Made by a program: the position numbers and the translations under genes. Under the pieces are notes generated by a model. It did not search any database, was not told the DNA's origin, and worked only from the letters and a program-made list of their open reading frames with translations. 32,000 nt of DNA from Methylorubrum extorquens (GTDB taxonomy: Bacteria; Pseudomonadota; Alphaproteobacteria; Rhizobiales; Beijerinckiaceae), in assembly GCA_900234795.1 (NCBI GenBank), contig LT962688.1:4590001-4622000 (forward strand), written 5' to 3'. Shown here piece by piece: positions 28,296-32,000 of this stretch (positions are counted from its first letter, which is position 1; each line of letters begins with the position of its first letter).

Positions 28296-28458
28296 CGGGC
28301 ATCCTTCTGGCCATAGGGCGGCCGGCCGCGGTTGCGCGCGAAGGTGGTCGAGGTCGGCGGCGGATGCAACCGCCGGCCGCACCTGTTCCGCCTGCCCACC
28401 CACCTGCCCACGCATCGCTGTCAGCCGAAGCCGGAAGCTGCCCTTCGGGGCGATGCCC

Positions 28459-29097
28459 TCACGGAATCCCGATGATCTTGTGCGTCTGGAGCGAGAGCCG
28501 CCAGCGGGCGTTCGACCGGCAATAGGCCACCGCCGCCGCGGTGTGGGCGGCCGCGTCCGGGCCGTCCATCGGCTGCAGGAAATGATGTCGGAAGGGCAAA
28601 TCCGAGAAACGCTCCGGCGCGGCCTCGGCCTCCGCCTGCGGGAAGACGAGCTTCAACTCGTCGCCCGAGGTCTGGACCAGCGGGTTGCCGGCCTTGGGGC
28701 TCACGCAGATCCAGTCGATCCCGGGCGGCGCGGGTAGCGTCCCATTGGTCTCCACCGCGACCTCGAAGCCGCGGGCATGGACGGCCGCGATCAACGCCTC
28801 GTCGAGTTGCAGCAGCGGCTCGCCGCCGGTGAACACGACGTAGCGGTTAGACGTCCCCCCGGCCCAAGTCGCGGCGATCGCGTCCGCCAGGATCTCGGCG
28901 GAGGCGAAGCGCCCGCCGCCCTCTCCGTCCATCCCGACGAAATCGGTGTCGCAGAAGCGGCAGGCGGCACCCGCCCGGTCCTCCTCGCGGCCGGACCAGA
29001 GATTGCAGCCGGAAAACCGGCAGAACACCGCCGCGCGCCCGGCCTGGGCGCCCTCGCCCTGAAGTGTGTGGAAGAGTTCCTTGACCGCGTAGGACAT
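28459..29097 (-). CDS. queE: 7-carboxy-7-deazaguanine synthase (radical SAM)
   Basis: MSYAVKELFHTLQGEGAQAGRAAVFCRFSGCNLWSG...CRFCDTDF...VVFTGGEPLLQ...LQTHKIIGIP. Confidence 0.92.
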   Translation of the reverse strand: MSYAVKELFHTLQGEGAQAGRAAVFCRFSGCNLWSGREEDRAGAACRFCDTDFVGMDGEGGGRFASAEILADAIAATWAGGTSNRYVVFTGGEPLLQLDEALIAAVHARGFEVAVETNGTLPAPPGIDWICVSPKAGNPLVQTSGDELKLVFPQAEAEAAPERFSDLPFRHHFLQPMDGPDAAAHTAAAVAYCRSNARWRLSLQTHKIIGIP

Positions 29098-29368
29098 CGT
29101 TGCGCTTTTCTGTCAGGGCTTGCCCATACCTCCGAGAGGCGCGGAAGACCAAGCGGGGCACGATTTCGCGGAACGCAACCCTGATCGGCCGTGTACCGTT
29201 AGGCAAAACGCCGGGCTCTGCCATGCTCTCGCCACGGAGGGCACGTTGATGAACGGGTATCCTCGATCCGACCCTGTCCGGGCGCTTTCTTCACGAAGGC
29301 CCGGAGCCGGCAACGGAATTCCTGCTCCGCGGCGTCCCGCGCCCTCCCACCCTTTCGAGATTGGCCCG

Positions 29369-30874
29369 ATGGTGAACCGTGTTTGGGGACGGCTGATCGG
29401 CTCGCTCACCGCCCTCGGCCTGATGGCGGGGGCGGCCTCGGCGGTGACGGCACCGATCCTCGTCGTCGATGCCGAGTCCGGCAAGGTGCTCTACAGCCAG
29501 GGCGCGACCGACCCCTGGTATCCGGCCTCGATCACCAAGCTGATGACCACCTATGTCGCCCTCGACATGGTGCGCCAGGGCAAGGTCTCCCTCGACACGC
29601 TGCTGACGGTGTCGCCGGCCGCTGCCGCCGAGCCGCCCTCGAAGATGGGCTTCAAGCCGGGCACGCAGATCACCCTCGACAACGCCCTCAAGATCATCAT
29701 GGTCAAGTCGGCCAACGACGTGTCCTGGGCGATCGGCGAAGGGCTCGGCGGATCCGTCGAGGGCTTCGCCGACATGATGAACGAGACCGCGCACCGGATC
29801 GGCATGCGCGAGAGCCGCTGGTACAACCCCAACGGCCTGCCCGAGCCGCGGCAATGGACGAGCGCCCGCGATATGGCGGTCCTGGCCCGCGCGCTGATGC
29901 GCGACTTTCCCAACCAGCAGAACCTGTTCTCGATCTCGGCGATCCAGTTCGGCAAGTCGGTGATGGCCAACCATAACGGCCTGCTCGGGCGCTATCCCGG
30001 CGCCGACGGCATGAAGACCGGCTTCATCTGCTCGGGCGGCTTCAACGTGGTGGCGACCGCGACCCGCGGCGGCCGACGCATCATCACCGTGGTGATGGGC
30101 CAGCCGAGCGCACGCGAGCGCGACATCAAGGCCGCCGATCTGTTCGATTACGGCTTCGGCCAGTCGGCGGGCTGGACCGCGCCGACGCTCGAATCGCTGC
30201 CGCCCTCCAACGTCGCCGCCCCGCCGGACATGCGGCCCTACATCTGCGACAAGCGCAAGCCGATGCCGGTGGACGAAGGCCCCGGCGCGCTGACCGCGAG
30301 CGGCCCCGGCGCCAGCAGCGCGACGACGCAGCTCCTCGGCTCGGCGACCCCGGACGCCACCAACCTCGCCTTCGCCGCGCTCAGCAGCGCCAACGTCCGC
30401 GGACGCACCCTGCCGCCGCGGGCGCCGCTTCAGCCGATCCCGGTCTGGATCGGCAGCAGCCCCACGGAAGGCGCGATGGCGCTGGCTCGCGAGGAACAGG
30501 AGGCGCAGGCGTCCAAGCAGGCGGCCCGTCAGGCCGCGCTGGAGGCTGCCCAGCGCAAGCGCGCGGAAGCCAAGGCCACCAAGGACGCCGCCCGAGAGGC
30601 CGCCAGGCAGGCCGCCTCGGAGAAAGCAGCCAAGGCCCGCGCCGCCGCCGTGACCGCGCCCAAGCCCGCCACGAAGACCGCCGCCGGCCGGGAGAAGAGC
30701 GTGCCGGCCACGACCAGCGCCTACACGGCGGTGGAGCCCGCTCCGAAGGCGGCCGCGAAGCCGGCGCACAAGCCGGCCGCCAAGAAGCCCGAAGTGACAA
30801 AGCCCGAGGCGGCCAAGCCCGCCGCCAAGAAGGCGGACAAGAAGCCCGCCAAGGCCAAGAACGACGAGTCGTAA
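29369..30874 (+). CDS. D-alanyl-D-alanine carboxypeptidase (S11, PBP5/6-like) with a long Ala/Lys/Pro-rich C-terminal tail
   Basis: Signal-like N-terminus MVNRVWGRLIGSLTALGLMAGAASA. Motifs SITK (PASITKLMT), SAN (KSAND) and KTG (MKTGF). Tail from about 30491. Start ATG 29369 chosen over upstream track start 29120. Confidence 0.88.
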   Translation: MVNRVWGRLIGSLTALGLMAGAASAVTAPILVVDAESGKVLYSQGATDPWYPASITKLMTTYVALDMVRQGKVSLDTLLTVSPAAAAEPPSKMGFKPGTQITLDNALKIIMVKSANDVSWAIGEGLGGSVEGFADMMNETAHRIGMRESRWYNPNGLPEPRQWTSARDMAVLARALMRDFPNQQNLFSISAIQFGKSVMANHNGLLGRYPGADGMKTGFICSGGFNVVATATRGGRRIITVVMGQPSARERDIKAADLFDYGFGQSAGWTAPTLESLPPSNVAAPPDMRPYICDKRKPMPVDEGPGALTASGPGASSATTQLLGSATPDATNLAFAALSSANVRGRTLPPRAPLQPIPVWIGSSPTEGAMALAREEQEAQASKQAARQAALEAAQRKRAEAKATKDAAREAARQAASEKAAKARAAAVTAPKPATKTAAGREKSVPATTSAYTAVEPAPKAAAKPAHKPAAKKPEVTKPEAAKPAAKKADKKPAKAKNDES

Positions 30875-30940
30875 GGGGTTTTCGAAGGGCCCCGGCATCG
30901 TCATATCGTTGCCGAGACGCACGCTGCGGTGACGGCTGAT

Positions 30941-30966
30941 CCCCTCGCCCCTGCCGGGGAGAGGGG
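30941..30966. repeat. REP-like GC hairpin CCCCTCGCCCC-TGCC-GGGGAGAGGGG
   Basis: 11-bp stem with one mismatch, located between the carboxypeptidase and the COG0523 gene. It resembles the 'GGGGAGAGG' palindromic intergenic elements common in Rhizobiales. Confidence 0.45.
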
Positions 30967-31005
30967 GGAACCGCGAGCGGCTCAGACTTCGAAAGCCGTT
31001 CCACG

Positions 31006-32000
31006 ATGCCTCAGACCGAACAACCCGGCCGCCCCGCGCCGATCCCGCTCACCGTGCTCACGGGCTTCCTCGGCGCGGGCAAGACCACGCTGCTGAACCG
31101 CCTCCTCGGCGATCCGGCGCTCGCCGACACGGTGGTGATCGTCAACGAGTTCGGCGAGATCGGGCTCGACCACCTGCTGATCGAGACGGTCGATGAGGGG
31201 ATGATCCTGCTCGGCGCCGGCTGCCTGTGCTGCACCGTGCGCGGCGACCTAATCTCGACGCTCGAAGATCTCCTGCGCCGCCGCGACAACGGCCGCATCA
31301 ACCCGTTCCGCCGGGTGGTGATCGAGACCACGGGGCTCGCCGATCCGGCGCCGATCCTCCACGCGCTGATCTATCACCCCTATCTCGCGATCCGCTTCCA
31401 GTTGCAGGGCGTGGTGACGGTGATCGATGCGGTCAACGGCGCCGCCACCCTCGACGCGCACGGCGAGGCCCTGCGGCAGGCAGCGGTCGCCGACCATCTC
31501 GTGGTGACCAAGGCCGACCTGCCCGGCGCCGAGGCGGAGGCGCTGACCCAACGGCTCGCTGCCCTCAATCCGGGGGCCCGGATCCACGGGCCCGACGTGC
31601 CGGCCGAGCGCCTGCTCGGCGGCCTGTTCGGCCTCGACGGCAAGGGGGACGACGTGCGCGCTTGGCTCGGCGCGGAAGAGCACGCGCACGGCCATCACCA
31701 CGACCATGGTCACCATCATCACGACGTGAACCGGCACGACGCGGCGATCCGCGCCTTTCACCTCACCAGCGACGAACCGGTGCCGCGCCCGACCTTCGAG
31801 ATGTTCCTGGATCTTCTGCGTTCGGCACACGGGCCAAAACTGCTGCGCCTCAAGGGTCTCGTGGCGCTCGCCGACGATCCCGAGCGGCCGGTCGTGGTGC
31901 ATGGGGTGCAGCACGTCGTCCACACGCCCGTGACACTGCCGGCTTGGCCCGACGCGGATCGCCGCTCACGGCTCGTGCTGATCGTGCGCGACCTCGACCC
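31006..32000 (+). CDS. COG0523-family G3E GTPase (CobW/zinc metallochaperone-like), 3' end outside the window
   Basis: Not in the ORF track because there is no stop in the window. Own translation from ATG 31006 gives MPQTEQPGRPAPIPLTVLTGFLGAGKTTLLNRLL (P-loop), the GCLCCT (CxCC) motif, ETTGLADP, VVTKADL, and the His-rich stretch HAHGHHHDHGHHHHD (31681-31725). Confidence 0.9.
   Translation, partial: MPQTEQPGRPAPIPLTVLTGFLGAGKTTLLNRLLGDPALADTVVIVNEFGEIGLDHLLIETVDEGMILLGAGCLCCTVRGDLISTLEDLLRRRDNGRINPFRRVVIETTGLADPAPILHALIYHPYLAIRFQLQGVVTVIDAVNGAATLDAHGEALRQAAVADHLVVTKADLPGAEAEALTQRLAALNPGARIHGPDVPAERLLGGLFGLDGKGDDVRAWLGAEEHAHGHHHDHGHHHHDVNRHDAAIRAFHLTSDEPVPRPTFEMFLDLLRSAHGPKLLRLKGLVALADDPERPVVVHGVQHVVHTPVTLPAWPDADRRSRLVLIVRDLD

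Noticed and set aside
29098-29250. Possible preQ1 riboswitch in the queE leader, and likewise at 25314-25430 upstream of queD.
   Set aside because: Some long-range pairing can be drawn (CAGGGTTGC ... GCAAGCCCTG on the minus strand). I could not find the small hairpin plus A-rich tail (AAAAAACUA-like) that I recall for preQ1-I, nor anything resembling preQ1-II/III. A cmscan against Rfam would be needed to settle this.
30875-31005. Zur box or cobalamin riboswitch upstream of the COG0523 GTPase.
   Set aside because: Only a direct ATCGT-CAT-ATCGT repeat (about 30896-30908) is present. There is no AT-rich palindrome of the Zur type, and the leader is too short (about 130 nt) and lacks a B12-box for a cobalamin riboswitch.

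Overview
High-GC (roughly 70%) chromosomal segment, most consistent with an alphaproteobacterium of the Rhizobiales (Methylobacterium-like). That assignment is inferred from gene content and is not verified.

Most of the window is housekeeping. It holds a flagellin 3' end, a class A PBP, a secreted hypothetical protein, and a CzcA/CusA-like RND pump with its adaptor. It also holds lepA, a HugZ-like protein, an S11 DD-carboxypeptidase and a His-rich COG0523 GTPase. The conserved alphaproteobacterial chvI-chvG-hprK-EIIA(Man)-npr module is present and intact.

The non-routine part lies between 17.4 and 29.1 kb:
- A glycosyltransferase locus carries GT4, GT2 and GT28-like genes on the + strand. 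On the - strand, a PIG-L deacetylase and another GT2 sit directly behind queD-queC.
- Two of these GT genes carry three +1 frameshifts in short homopolymer runs. The ~24 kb of other coding sequence shows no such lesions.
- Three tandem small genes for hydrophilic, apparently disordered proteins sit between the convergent GT genes.
- The 7-deazaguanine genes are split. queE is separated from queD-queC by about 3.1 kb; the section from about 25.8 kb onward is lower-GC DNA carrying a DUF551-like (phage-type) gene, an FAD monooxygenase and a 2-TM protein. About 830 bp (25314-26143) has no convincing gene.
- A decayed GIY-YIG gene marks the left edge of the GT locus.

No tRNA, rRNA, CRISPR array or intact transposase was seen. 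Many long antisense ORFs in the track are high-GC shadow ORFs and were rejected. All functional calls come from motif recognition by eye; no database search was run.
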